64,000 nucleotides of DNA, taken from NCBI RefSeq assembly GCF_018977255.1, contig NW_024704742.1, positions 87,732,001-87,796,000 of the forward strand, in the 5' to 3' direction. Made by a program: the position numbers and the translations under genes. This stretch comes from Callorhinchus milii (Eukaryota). Numbering within the stretch: position 1 is the stretch's first letter; each line of letters starts with the position of its first letter. Positions 12,570 to 27,500 of the stretch are shown piece by piece. The notes beneath the pieces are model-generated. The model was given only the letters and a program-made list of their open reading frames with translations, searched no databases and was not told where the DNA came from.

Positions 12570-15500
12570 GTAAGTGACTTTCTTAATCCTGGGCTCGTGT
12601 GCAAACTGCTTCACTTGGATTCTCTTATGTTAATGTGAGGGTTTTTTTTGAGCAATAAAAATTGCTCAGCGAGAATGCACAATGATTTGCACCTTAAAGT
12701 GATGGATCTATTTGGAGCTGCCAATAAATATGCATTGGATTCCGCGAGCTCAACACGTATCAAACAATAGGTTTGTTTTGTGTAAGACTCTTAGGTACAT
12801 GCGGTAAAGTGCATGGTCTAACTGCTAACATGACTTGCTGCAATTATCCATTCAATGAAAGATTTCAACACCGAGACCTAATGTGTTAAATATTGCATGA
12901 ATCGCATAATCTGGGTCATTCAATTAGAGCAACCTAGCTCCAAGCCTGCATTGTGTCCACTTCAATAAATTGTTCTCATTGTACGTGGACAGTTTGTATT
13001 GCACGTTGTTCTGCATAATTCAAATAGAAAAAAAATAAATGCACGTATTGCAAGCTTTTTAAATGCGGTTCCAGTATCCTTCTGACACCATCTCTTGTTT
13101 CTTTCCTCCCTTTTCTTCCACCCCTATTCTTTAACAATATCAGTTGGATTTCGAAATAGATTTCCACTATAGCACTGAGTAGGAGCTGTACTCTTGTGAA
13201 GCTGGAGCTGATAGTTATATGATAGTTAGGAATGCAGAGCTATTGAATACTTTGTATTCAGCAAAATATTTCTTAAAAAAATGTAAGTGTGGAAAACTAT
13301 GCTCCCAAGGATATCTTTAAGCTAAACAATAAATTGAAGTGTGTATTACTTATATCTGTCCCTCTTTACATCTAACTTTAACTAAAGTCTGCTTTTTGGT
13401 AGGGTGTAAACTGAAGCATCAAATGAAACTGTTGCTTTTCTGCTCTTAATCCTGCTAATGACTTCTTTTCATTCGCAGGGTCTTGTGACATAACTCAGTT
13501 TCAGTGCAGAAGTGGACACTGCATCGCTTTACAGTGGAGATGTGATGGAGATGATGACTGTACTGATGGGAGTGATGAAAGTTTATGTGGTGAGTTGTTG
13601 GATTCTTAATTCCTCACACTGCACCATCTCTATTCTTTGATTCCTGTTAGCTTTGGCCCTCTTTCTAGTGAAACATGTCATTTAAGTTCCGTTCTTAACT
13701 GCTGTTATCCCTTTGCCAATGAAATAGCCGCTTGCATACAATGTAGATTATAACAAGTGCAGTATTTCTCTGTTGTTGTGTTTCATTATATACAGAAGAA
13801 TATTAACTATTTGAATCCTTAACAAATTCTAGTGTCGAGTAGTGAATGACTTCCTTTCCTAAAGGTAGTTAAGGCTATGGAGTTCAGTTATTCAACAGCA
13901 ATGCTAAACTTGTCAGCCAGAAGTACACTGTAACCCTATTGCTTTTTGATTAAACTATGGCTCCTGTAACAATTTTGGAATATGTGTTCTCTATTCCTCT
14001 ATTGACCTGTACCAGGGGTGTCAAACATGCAGTCGCTGACAGCCCGTGAGGTGATGTTTAGCAGCCCACACCATTAGTTTCTAAAATCGCATTGCATGAG
14101 TGACATTCTCATTAAGTCATTGCCAGTTCACAGTGTTAGTAAGAATAGCCAATTAGAGTGCTCATGTATACATAATAACTGCGCACACAACTGCATTGAG
14201 TAGAATTGTGAAGTCGTATTACAACTTTCTTTTACTTAAGTACAGTATTATGCAACAACAAAATTACATTTATAGAGCATCTTTCACGTTGGGAGGACAT
14301 CCCAAAGCACTGAAAAGTCAGGTGTCGGGGCCCGAGTATGGGGGAGGGGTGGTGTAAGGGTGAGGGAAGGCAGAGAGGTGGGAGGGAGACCAAAGGCACG
14401 GTCAAAGAGAAGGGTCTTGAGACCGGCCTTGAAGGAGGCAAGGGAGGAAGCGAGGCGAAGGGACCGTGGAATGGAGTTCCAGAGTGTGGGGGCAGAGAGG
14501 CTGAAAGCCCGGCCACTGATGGTCGTGCGGGAGACATGGAGCAGGCCGGAGCCTGATGAGCGGAGGGAGCGGGCAGGTTGGTAGGGAGTCAGCAGGTCAG
14601 AGAGGTAGGAGGGGGCAAGGTATGGATGGCCTTAAAGATGAGGACGAGGTTCTTGAACTCAATCCTCTGGGGGATGGGAGCCAGTGGAGTCAGGAGAGTG
14701 GGAGTGATGGGATCGCGGAGCCTAGTGCGTGAGAGTACATGAGCTGCAACTTTATTGTGGTTCAGCCCACCAAGTGAATAGTGACTTAAATGACACTTGA
14801 GGCCAGATGAGTTTGAAACTCTTGTCCTAGACTTGTATATAAAGATGTGGTGCCTCTCGCTGAGCTTAAGATGATGCTGGACACGGTGGGTGTTGGGAGG
14901 AGGGAAGGTGACTAAGAATGGTTCAGGAAGTAGATTTGAATGGGAGTTCCGGTCACTGCAGTGTTGGACTAGATTGATTTTAATGTGGTACTTGAACCCA
15001 TTGCTTTCAGACCCCAGAGGTGAGTATGCTACCAACTGGTTCAAGATGACATTTCTTCCCCAGAATATTATGATTTGGCAAGATTGCCAAGATGTAGTGA
15101 TGATGATAATGAATAATAAATATTAATAATAATCCTTGCATTTGATATAACACATTATTACATTGTTGAGACATCTCAAAGTGCTTCACAGAATATGTTG
15201 TGAAGTGGATTGACTGTATTTTTGTGGGCAAAATGCCCAGTTGTACTGGCAAGTTGACAGGGAGCTGAGCATAACACTAGCTGATGCAGTAAATGTTTTG
15301 CTGGGAAATTTACCAAGCCCTAAATCTAGAACACCTGATGGGTTGAACGACCTCCTGTTTCCTATCTTCCTAAGCGAAGAAACTGGATGTTTTTAAAGTT
15401 GAGAGCCAAGGGGTGTGGAGGGAAGTTCAACTTTACATCCAACTATCTCTAATCTAACATGGGTGTGCATGCCAATGAGAACAAATGTTGGCAATTTTAG

Positions 15501-18500
15501 GTACTTTTTGGGAGGAGGGGAATTAGTTTTGCGTATGTAAGAATTTAGATGCTTGCAGTTGATGTACAATAATGCTTCTGCCCACCAACTTTTTTTTAAA
15601 AAAGTGAGTATTAGTCTAGTATCGTATGTAGTGACTTCACCCTACAAAAGTTGCATTTTGTTTTAGATGCAGGTGTCCTTATTGAATGAACTTTAGTGGC
15701 TTAATAAGCTTGGAGTACAGCTGCTAGTGTAATTCAAAGGGGATTGTAAGGATGGAAATCCCATCAAATGACTTCAAAAAGTCCAGTGTAAGAAGACTGT
15801 CTTTGATGGTTGTGTTCCTCATATTAAACTGATAGATTAAGATCACCTGCATGAATCTTAAAATATATTCTCCTGTTTACTCAGCTAAGACTACTTGCGG
15901 ACCATCTGACTTTGTGTGCCACAATGGAAAATGCCTCCCTCTTAAGTGGGTGTGTGATGGTACATCGGACTGTGAAGATGGATCTGATGAAAGTCTGCAA
16001 GTGTGTCGTAAGTATTTTGGGGTAGAAATGAGACAACAACAAATTGCATTTATAGAGCAACTTTCACATCGGGAGACTAGTCCAAGGCCCTGAACAGTGA
16101 AGGTTTGCACCCTAGCTGGGGATTGGAATCTAGAGGGGTGGAGGGCAAAAGGGATGGAAAGGTGACTAAAGGCATAGTCAAAGAGGAAGGTCTTGAGATG
16201 GGCCTTGGATGGAGGCAGAGGGGCACTAGGATGGAGTTCCAGAGGGTAGGGGCAGAAAGGCTGAAGGCCTGACTGCCAATGGTGGAGTTGGCACAGTGGG
16301 AGATGTGGAGCAGACAAGTGTCTACCGAGGACAGGGAGCTGATGGGTTGGTAAAGAACATGTGTGTGTAACACATTTCTTGTGTCCTTTCCTTAGGTTTC
16401 CCACCTAGTCCTAGTACTTCTAATGGCATTTTTGCTTATTTTACATTTTTGGCCAACCTCCTCATGCTAGTTCACTTGTAGCATGGTTGACTCATGGTAT
16501 CTCTGAAGTTCAGTTCACTTGTTACACTTCTAGCTTCTGTGTATTCTGTGCACAACCTGTGCTGAATAAGTATTTTTATTGCATGCTTCATTATAATGTG
16601 GGGTCTAAGTTTACTCCTTGGGTTAGCACCTGCCAGATAAGTTCCCCTGTTGCGATTCACTTGTGGTGCACTGACCACAGCCAAATCTCACTCATAATTT
16701 AGGGACTCTTAACGGAAGATTTGAGATCCTAGCAACAGCTATGCCTTCAGCCTGCTATTGCTTGGGATTGGTATTGCAGTACTTCTGATCTGAGGAGTTT
16801 CATCTGCCCTCACAAAGAGGAAGTGGAGATGTGCACAACCTGTGCTGAATAAGTATTTTTGTCAACTCAAGGGTTAAGGAAAGACATTGATTTTGTTTTC
16901 TTCTTCCCCAGACAGTAAAACTTGTCCAGCCAATGAAATGAGCTGTGGCCCAAGATCTCTTCATTGTATTCCCATTTTGTGGAAATGTGATGGAAGAAAG
17001 GACTGTGATGATGGCAGTGATGAGATTAATTGTGGTACGTTTTAGTTTGGCAACTATCCTAGACAATTTTCAAGGAAGGGAGTTAAAAATAAATTGTCAG
17101 TTCCCCTTAAGCCCCACAAAATATACAGTCAATTCACTTTACAGTATATTCTGTGAAGTGCTTTGAGACATCTTGAAGATGTAATAAGGTACTATATCAA
17201 ATGCTGTTATTATTTTTAAAAATTATGTAATGCCGCATAAGCCATACAGACCTAAGGTTCAAGTTTTGGCCAGATTCTTTCTAAATCTTATAAATCTGAT
17301 TACAAATTGAGTTAAAGAGAAAATGTGATTAAGTTGCACAAAAAAATGACTTAAACTATTTTAGGCTCCAGGCTTAATATTTTTCTCTGAGAAACTCCAT
17401 ACATTGCACCCATATTTACTGGTGAAGATCTTCACACCAAAGTACATAGTGTGGCATTTGTAATCCAGCTGTGCATTCAATGCAAATGTCAATACTATTG
17501 TACATGAGAAAAATCTATAAAAGCTCAATGTTAATTATCCTTGCATTTGATATAGCATCTTTACATAGAAACAGGAGTAGGCCAATCAGACCCCTGTTTT
17601 TCCCCCATTCTATAAGATCGTGGCTGATCTGTACCTCGAGTCTAATTACCCTCCCTAACCCGGTATCCCTTAATATCTCACTATCTAACCATCTAGGTCT
17701 TCAAAATATGAATGGATCCAGCATCTGCAGGCTTTTGGGAAAGAGAGTTCCAGATTTCCACTACGATTTGGGTGAAAAACTGCCTCCTAATTTCACTCCT
17801 AAATGGCCTAGCTCTAATTTTAAGATTATGCCCATTGTTCTGGATTCCCCTACCAGAGGAAATAGTTTCTCTGTATCTACACTTTCAAATCCCTTTTGAT
17901 AAATTGTTTGTCATAATATCTCAAAGTACTTCACAGACTATACTTTAAAATTGTAACTATTTTGTACCTTGTATCTAACAAGATTCTACCATCTCTCAGG
18001 TCAGATAACTTGCAGTCCCCTGGAGTTCACGTGCTCCAGTGGCCGGTGTGTTTCCAAGACCTTTGTCTGCAATGGGGAGGACGACTGTGGTGATGGAAGT
18101 GATGAACAAACCTGTCATTCATCTTCCTGTGGTCCACATGAGTTTCAGTGCAAGAATTCTGAGTGTATCCCCTTGAGCTGGGTGTGTGATAACAATGCCG
18201 ACTGCATGGACGAGTCTGATGAAACTGCAACAAGTTGTGGGCATACGCTGCCACCTCTCGTGGACTGTTCTTTTAATGAGATCCAGTGTGGTTCAGGCGA
18301 ATGTATCCATCGCCAGTGGTACTGCGATGGAGATGTGGACTGCAAAGATGGAAGCGATGAGAAACACTGTCGTAAGTTGATCAACTCTTCTTCCATTGTG
18401 GAGATTAATGTATTTCCTTTCAGTTCCCACTGACGAGAAATAAGTTAACATTAACAACAAAATTACATTTGTAAGGCACCTTTCACATGCCTTACAAGGA

Positions 18501-21500
18501 GTACATCCCAAGGCTGAACAGTAAGGGATGCAGACCCGAGTGTGGGGGGGCAGGATTGGGATGAGGGAGGCCAGAAGGGGTAGGAGAGCAGCTGAAGGCA
18601 CGGTTAAAAAGGAGGGTCTTGAGTCATGCCTTGAAGGAGGCAAGAGAGGGGGCAAGGCAAAGAGATTATGGGGTGGAGTTCCAAAGAGTGGGGACAGAGA
18701 AGCTGAAAGCTCGGCCGTGGATGGTAGGGTGGGTTAGGCTGGGGACCTGGACCAAGCCGGAATCTGCTGAGCGGAGGGTGTGGACAGGTTGTTTGAGGGT
18801 CAGTACATCAGATGTAGGACGGGCAAGACCATGGAAGGCCTTGAAAGTGACTGCTTGGAAATTAACTGGTTAATAAATAAACTTTCTTAATGTCTGTGAA
18901 AGCACACAAGTTCCTGACTTTATTTAGACTTGTGATAGGCTATCATGACCAAGCTGAGGCAAGAAAGTTTGTTTATGATACACATTCACCATCTATTGGG
19001 AATTCACACATATACACACAAACTATAACCTTTCGCATATTTGTAATACAAATATAATATTCCTACTCTTTAAAATTTCCATTTGAATTAATGGAAGAAT
19101 GGAAATTCTGATATAAGCTAAAATGATTACAAAGCCTTCAACGAGAAGGTGAACCACTCCATTAAGAATAACTATTGCAATCAAATGACTCTGGTCCTCC
19201 TCTAGAAATATTATTGCACCCTAATTCGCCTAGCACATTACTTAGAATAGGTCCATGCCAATTTTAATCTTAATTGTGATGCATTTAACTTTTAGCTCAG
19301 ACGTGTGGACCTGGTCACTTCAGGTGTAGTGATGGTAGCTGTATTCCTGAAAACAAGAAGTGCAATGGATATCAGGACTGCAGTGACGGCAGTGATGAGA
19401 ACTGCAACAATGGTAATGGCATAAATCAACAACTTGTGTTCATATAGCGCTCTTCACACAGGTAGGATCTCGAAGTGCTTAACAGTAGCATATCTTGATG
19501 CCTAGCCGGGAGGGGACATGACCAAAGGCACAGCCAAAGAGGAAAGTATCCAGGTGTGACTTGAAGATGGGCAAGATTGAGGCAAGGAGTTTCCAAGATT
19601 CAGATAATCTTGGATAAGTGTACATATGGGAATGTTCAACTGGTATCTGGCATATGAACACTTCACCTCACAGCTAGGACAGAACCTCAGTGTCTTGTTT
19701 GACTCCATTGTCCTTTTAAACCCCACATCCATGCTCTGACCCATTTAGCCTTTCCCCCATCCTCTCCATTACTTCTCCCCTAAGGTCACCAATACCTTTA
19801 TCCATGCTTTCAAATGTCCAGGCTAGACTAGGCCAACTCTCCGCTCACCGGACTTCCCAATTCTTACCTCCACAGGTTGCAGAGCATCCAGAAGTCTACA
19901 GCTCACCTCCTTTCCTGCACTAGGCTCACTGAGCCTAATCAATCATTTTCTCTTCAGCAGGCATAGAATGTACAGGACCAACTGACTTCAAATGTCAAAG
20001 TGGAGAATGTATACACTTTACCAAAGTGTGTAACCACCATCAGGACTGCAAAGATGGGAGTGATGAGCCCCTCAAAACCTGCGGTAATGCCTTTTTCTAA
20101 CATTGTTTGACTGAGACTTAATCCAGATTAAAATGTACACTGTTCACATGATATGGTATTTGCACCTGAGATGTATATTGCTTTCTGTTAATGCTTGAAG
20201 GGCGAATTGTTGTTCTGTCACTTCTGCTGTATGATTTCATTTCACTCATCAAAATGCTTCCATTGGATTCTGTCTAAAATCATGTACTGGGTTCCAATAT
20301 CCATCAACTAAATGTGATCGATGCCTTACTGTGTGAAACCCTATCCCACATCATTGAAGTTTCTTGCATCCAATTAGAGTAAAAAAAATGCTTCAAGGTA
20401 AAGGATGGTATATTTAAAGATCCAAGTCTTCTCTTTCAACTGACGCACAACTTTTACTTCATGAGTACATCAACTTCACGACTGACTTCAAAAAAGAAAT
20501 ATTTTTGGATGACTCTAAAATTAGTCTAAAAGGATGTCCTGATTCTGTAGTTCATGTTTCACAGCTGCCATCGGATAGCATTGTTCTGGTTCATATATGG
20601 AATGGAATTTTGCCTACAAAAGTCACTACATGAAATCACACAGCCAGAAGTGACAGAACAATAACTCACCCTTCAAGTAATAGACGCTTAAAAAATATAA
20701 TAATTTGCTCATTTAATCCACAACTGCTTGTTGGACACTGTTGTGCGCAATTGGCTACTGGTTTAGCCCACAAAATATACAGTCAATTCACCTTACAGTA
20801 TAATCTGTGAAGCGCTTTGAGATGTCTAGAGGACATGATAAGTTGCTATATCAAATGCTATTATTACACTTAATATAGTAAATCCTGTAAAGCTCTTTGA
20901 GACATCCTCCAAAGTAAAAGTTGGTATATCAGGTGTATCAAGTTTTTATGTAGCATTGGGGGTGGGGGGGTTCTGGGAGGGTTTGCTCCTTGTCATACAT
21001 TTGCTGTTCTGCCAAGCTGCCAACTAATGTATCTTCTCTAACCATCCTTGATCTGATAACTATTTTGCTCCAAGTATTGTTGTAAGCCTTGACAAGGCAT
21101 CAGATGTCTACCAAACAAACATTTCCATTTCACAATAGGCAGTTCATGTGTAAACACGATATTTGCTGCCATAAATGGCAGCCATGAAACTTCTAACTGC
21201 AGTGTTTCGTGATTCCACACACGCCTGTTTACCGAGCAGTAAGTAAGAACCCAGTTGTGAGTTGATTGATTGATGGATCACTTTCCAGGGGTAATAATCC
21301 CTCCAATAAAATGACGATAATTTGGTCACTCAATCCATGACTGTTAATGGGACACTGCTGTGCCCAATTGGCTGCTGTGTTTCGCGCACAAAGTATCTAG
21401 TCTTTATATTCTCTGAAGTGTTTTGAGACGCCTCAACAATGTGATAAGGCCCTATATCAAATGCAAGGATTATTATTTCAGAATATCCTTTAAATAATTT

Positions 21501-24500
21501 TATTGTCATTTCCTTACTCCATTCATGTTGAATGTTGATGTCTACCAGCAACAGACGGGGAATCAAGTTGACATCTCATCCAAATGATGGTACTTTCTGA
21601 TAGTGTGTTCAGATAGCTTTCAATGAGTGTTTCCTTCACTTCACACTCCATCATGTACTGCCCTCTCCTCCCTACCTCGTCCTCAATTAAGCAGCTACTA
21701 AAGTAAGTGCTGAAATGTGGGATCTTCCTGTTTTCTAGATGTCAATGAATGTTTGATGAGCAATGGCGGCTGCTCTCATACCTGCCTCAATCTTATCATT
21801 GGACACAAGTGTGACTGCCCTGTTGGCTTTGAGTTGGTTGATGGGAAAACTTGTGGTGGTAAGTTGACTGACCTGTTAATAAGATGAAACATTCTGGTGA
21901 AAAGATTCTAATTCTATATTACTGACTCTTCAGATATTGATGAGTGCCAACAACCTGGAACCTGCAGTCAAATTTGCATCAACGTAAAGGGAAGTTATAA
22001 ATGTGAATGTCGTGAGGGATATCACATGGATCCAGCTCATGGGGATTGCAAGGCAGTAGGTAAGAAATGAGAGCAGGAACTTTGGGAATAGATGAGAATG
22101 CCCTCTGTTAACTTCTATTGTGTCCCAATTGTTCAGAATACAATTAGCAAATGCACAGTGTGTAAATTGGCAATATGTTACTTTGTGACCAGGGAGTTTG
22201 AATTGAATGCAAATGTGTCAGTCTTATGGCTAGCTTTTATCCTGTACCTTCACCAGATATTTTGCCCTAGTTGACACAATATTCAAATTGTTTCATTTTC
22301 TTGAACGGAGAACACTAAACTTTAATATCTTGCATTCCCCACTGCTTTTTTGGGTGAGATTTGTCTTGAAGTGTAGTCGACCATTTAATTTCCTCTCGCC
22401 CCTTCCTGCCCCAATGTTCTGTTATCTTGGGTTAAGAGAATATATCTTGCACGCAGGGAAAGAAGCGCATTTGATCTTCACTAATCGCCATGACATCAGG
22501 AAAATAGGACTACTCCACAAAGAGTACACCCAGGTAGCTGTCCAGCTGAGAAATGCTGTGGCAGTAGATGCTGACATTGTTGCACAGAGAATCTTTTGGG
22601 CTGACTTGGGAGAGCGGGCAATATTCAGGCAAGTTAAATACTAACTTAAAATTCTCTAATAATAATCCTTGCATTTGATATAGCATCTTATCACATCTGC
22701 GAGATGTCTGAAAGCACTTCACAGAATATACTGCAAAGTGAATTGACGGTATATTTTGTGGGTGAAACGCAGCAGCCAATTGCACACAGCAGTGTCCCAC
22801 AAGCAGTCATGGATTGAAGTGACCAATTTTTTTTAATATATAGTCAGCTTAGTGCCTCAAAGGGCAGTCAAACAGCCCACACAGAACTTACCTATCACTG
22901 CAATGTCCAAGCACAGTCAACACAACTAATTTGAGTTACAATTTGCTTATTTCAGCTATAATTGCACAGTGTAATACTATGAATTCCTCAATAATATAAT
23001 ATGGAATATAAGACCAGTGAGTGTTATACTTAGAACCAAGATTCATTTTAGATTAACTAAGCTCCGAGACACTATCCTGTGTGTGGATGGTGCTATATAA
23101 GTGCAAGTTGTTGTTTTATTTTTGCTCACCCTCCCTCAATAGTGATACAGGCCATTAATGTTCTATGCTCAGTCTCAAGTCTGTGATAAGTTAGTCAATT
23201 TCACCAGGCACAGAAGAGCAAGGTTAACAATTAACCTCAATATCCCTAGCTAGAGATGGGAAAACCCATCAATAGCCTATATTTCCCAGTCCTAATAATT
23301 GTCAATTTGAATGGTGTCAGCAGACTGGCTGAAGTGAGAAGATCCTAACATTTTTCACCGGTATATCTCACCAACAGGAAGACATAAAACTATCTTCCCC
23401 CAATAAAGCTAATATTGTTAAGAGTAATAATTGTAACTTAATATCACTTTACCAAACTAAAAAAATAATGGGTTTAAACTGAGGATGCAAAAAACCTGAA
23501 TAATTTTTTTCAACAATTGTTGACTTGTTTTTTGGTCTGCAAGCAAATCTGCTTTAAACAAAATTCTTAGGCATTCAATTTGGATTTGCACTATTACACC
23601 ATTATAGATGTACATGTGTATGCACAACACCAGAATAGGTCAATAAACCTCTTTCTAATGGATAACTATACAAACATTCCTGTAACTCATCTGTCAAAGT
23701 ATAAGTTGCTTAAGAACAAAATTACAGGTCAGGAGGACGTTCCAAGGCCCTGGACAGTCAGTGTTTCAGACCCGAGCTGAGGGTCAGGATTGGGGAGGGT
23801 GGGAGGGAAACAGGTTGATCGAAAGCACGGTTGAAGAGAAGGGTCTTGAGTTGGGTCTTGAAGGAAGAGGGGGAGGACTAAGTGATGGAATTTCAGAGGG
23901 TAGGGGCAGAGTGCCAGAAGGCCCATCCACCAATTGTGGGGTGGGGGGCGTGAAGCAGGCCAGAGCCCACTAAGTGGAGGGAACAAGCAGGATGGTAGGG
24001 GGTTAGGAGGTCGCAGAGGGGGAGCAAGGCCATGGAGGACTTTGAAGGTGAGGACCAGGATTTTGAACTGTATCCTCTGTGTGATGGGAAGCCACTGAAG
24101 TCGGGTGAGAATGAGGATGATAGGATCACAGAGCCTGGTGAGGGAGAAGAACGGGAGAGCATCATTAGTAATGGTGTAAAAGTAGCTACGCTCTCGTACT
24201 AGCATTTCTGTGCTCTTCCATGATGCAATAAATCCTGAGGGAAATATGAGTGTATGATCTAATATGAGATGACTTAATTTCCCCCCCACACAAAAAAAAC
24301 AACTCTCTGCTGCTTATGAGCAAATGTAGATCAGCCAGAGAAAAATTAGTCCTTCCCATTCTTTAGGTTTAAGTGCACAACTAGTGCTTAAACTCATTTT
24401 GATTTTCAATGTCTTTGTTCCTCAACATATCGACAAAGTTTTGTTGTACTGCAGTTGCTCGATGCTCTTACCATGGTTTCCTTCTGTTTATAGTCTGTCC

Positions 24501-27500
24501 ATGGATAAATGGGACGGTATCTCCAAAATTGTTGATGTCCAAACACCTGTGGGAATTGCTGTGGACTGGGTCTACAAGCACATCTACTGGACCGATCAGA
24601 GCGCTAAAACAATATCTGTGGCTACCTTTGATGGAACTAAAAGGACGACTCTTTTTGACACTGAACTAAGGGAACCAGCTTCTGTAGCAGTTGATCCACT
24701 ACTTGGGTAGTGCAATTTAATATTGGATCTTGCTGGGATTGCAGATGCGTGAGACTTGAAATTTACTCAAAGTGGGGGGTGGGGTGAATACATGTGCTGT
24801 CTCAATATTGAATTATATTGGCAATGACAGTGCTCATTCATAGAAAGAATGGTATCCTCTGCTCCTAAAATGTCCTAACGTGGCTCCATGACTTGTTTAG
24901 ATTATTTTGTAGAATATTACTAAAGTGATTCTACAACTAAATTTGGTGAATTGCACAACAAAAATGAAGGGCATACAAACAGAGAATATAACTTTACAGT
25001 CTATACCTAAAATGAAAATCTTGCCTATAGAAGCCATATTAACAATAGCCCATCAATTCTTCATTCCACTTTTTTGGCTCATTACATCAGGCTAATAGAA
25101 AATGCATTACCATGTCGAAAATGCTGTTGGCTCTTAATGTTGATGCAATAGCTCCACTCATTCATCTGAATATATTAATTAATAGCAATTTAACAGACTT
25201 TTTTTGCTTTTTTTTTTTAAAGCTTCATTTACTGGTCAGACTTTGGTGAACCAGCAAAGATTGAGAAAGCTGGAATGAATGGTGTTAATCGCCATGTTCT
25301 AGTTACCACAGACATCCAGCGGCCAAATGGAATAGCACTTGGTGAGTGAATATAGTAAACCAACAGTAAGACCAGTGTTCAGCATAAGCTGCCTGCTAAC
25401 AAAAATCACTATTTCTAGATCTTGTGAATGGTCGTCTCTATTGGGTTGACTCAAAGCTGCACACGCTGTCCAGCATAGAGCTAAATGGGTACAATCGCAG
25501 AACTCTGCTTCAGTCACACGAGTTCCTTGCTCACCCTTACGGAGTTGCAATATTTGAGGTAGGGCATTGATACTTCACTGTGACAAATTCTGCTGAAGTT
25601 GTGAGTAATGGCTCCTCCACAGAGTGTTGGAGGCATTCAATACTAGCTCTACATCTATGTCTTTAAGTGTGGGAAACTACAGGCCTTGTTAAAAATCTTT
25701 GGCTCAATGAATGGATAATTCTTTATTGTCCCGAGTAATGTAAAACAGCAAGGTTTAAAATTTTACTTGTAGTGTACACCAAACTAACTAAGGTTGTAAT
25801 ATTAAGAACAAATTGTGTCCTGTATCTACTCGATAGTGAATCTTCTCTGAAATTGCATAATTCTCGTAGATAAGAATGATGCTTGATTATATCACCTTGT
25901 GTCTTACCTCGGAGCATTTCACAGAATTTTACTGGGACATGTAATGACTATTTTGTAGATAAACTAATGATTCATTAGAGCAAAATTTAAATATTAAGGA
26001 ATCTATATTGAATAGATTCAGTGCCTTTTGCCCGAAAACTAATATTAAATCATGACCATGCTATATTTGTATGTCATATATGAAGAAAAATGTTGTCTGG
26101 AGTACCTGGTTGTATATTGACTGCTGTGGAATAATAGCTGATTCTTGGCCTAAGTAACTTGAGCTTATAAATTTCTCTAGGATCACATTTTCTGGACTGA
26201 TGGACAGAATAAAGCCATCTACAGTACCAATAAATTCACAGGAAATCTAAGGTCTTTAGCCTCCAAACTTGAGGAGCCTCAGGACCTTATTGTTTATCAT
26301 GAGCTAATACAGCCATCTGGTAAGATATTAATTCTGTTCGACTTGAGTGACTTGTTTCTGGTCAACTTGCTCAGAGCTCGATTGTATTTACTGGGCAGTT
26401 GTATGTATTGGTCAATGAAGATCAAGTTAAAGATTAACTTAATTATACAGACGATATAGTTCTGCTGTAGTAATCAACTCCTTTTCCTTCCACCCACATC
26501 CCAGGAGTGGAGCGGTATTATGGCACTACATTATTGACCTTTAGTGTTTATCGCTGTTCACTCTTTTATTGTTAATTGGCTCCTAATGCTCTTACTGAAA
26601 GCCCAAATATTGATTGACATCAAATAAATGCTTCCAGCAGTGCACTTAATATTCAGTACCCTGTACTAATTTGGCAAAAATGGCATGATGGGTGAGGTGC
26701 TGCAAATTGTATACTGAGATTGTTCAAATTGCTTTACAGGCAGAAACTGGTGCAATGACTCCCTGGAGAATGGAGGCTGTGAATACCTATGCCTCCCTGC
26801 TCCTCAGATCAATATTCACACCCTCAAGTACACCTGTGCTTGTCCCCCTGGAGTGCAGTTGGAGCATGGAAAACAATGCAGAAAAGGTACCCATTTCTTA
26901 CTTGCATTTCCCAGTTTGTATCCAGCATAACCAGGGTTTCATTGCAACTGAGCATCTTTGAACTTGTAGCCTCTTGGAGTTCTTCCTCTTATGTTGTGCT
27001 TTTCCTCTGTGTGTTGTGGATCTGAGTCCCCCATCTGTAGTCTACATTCAGTCTAGGCTGGTGTTCCAATGCAGTGCTGGTGGTGTAGTTCTTGAGATGA
27101 GGCCAAGGTTCTGTCTGCCTGTTCAGGTGGACAGTAAAGATCTCATTTCCCTATATGAGCAGGGAGACCATATTTCTGCTGGTGTCCTGGTCAACAATCT
27201 CCCAAACAGTCATTCCCTTCATAGCTGTATGTGGAACATTGCTGTATGCAAATAGGCTGCCACATTTTCCCACGATATAGTTGTTTTACTCTAAAGTATC
27301 ATATGAAATGCTTTGAGACATCCTAACATGGACGCAATCAAATGTTATGTAGCATTTAGTGTTAGTCCTTAGTGCATTTGGTATACTGCCTGACTAAGTT
27401 TTTTTTATATTAAAAAAAAGCTGAACAGATTGGGTGGTCTTGTAAACTGTCTTGCCCTCTTACTATTGTTGTAACTAAAGGAACAGTAGCTTTTTTTGTG

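Noticed and set aside
14012..14070. hAT/Charlie-like terminus CAGGGGTGTCAAAC
   Set aside because: No matching opposite TIR found.
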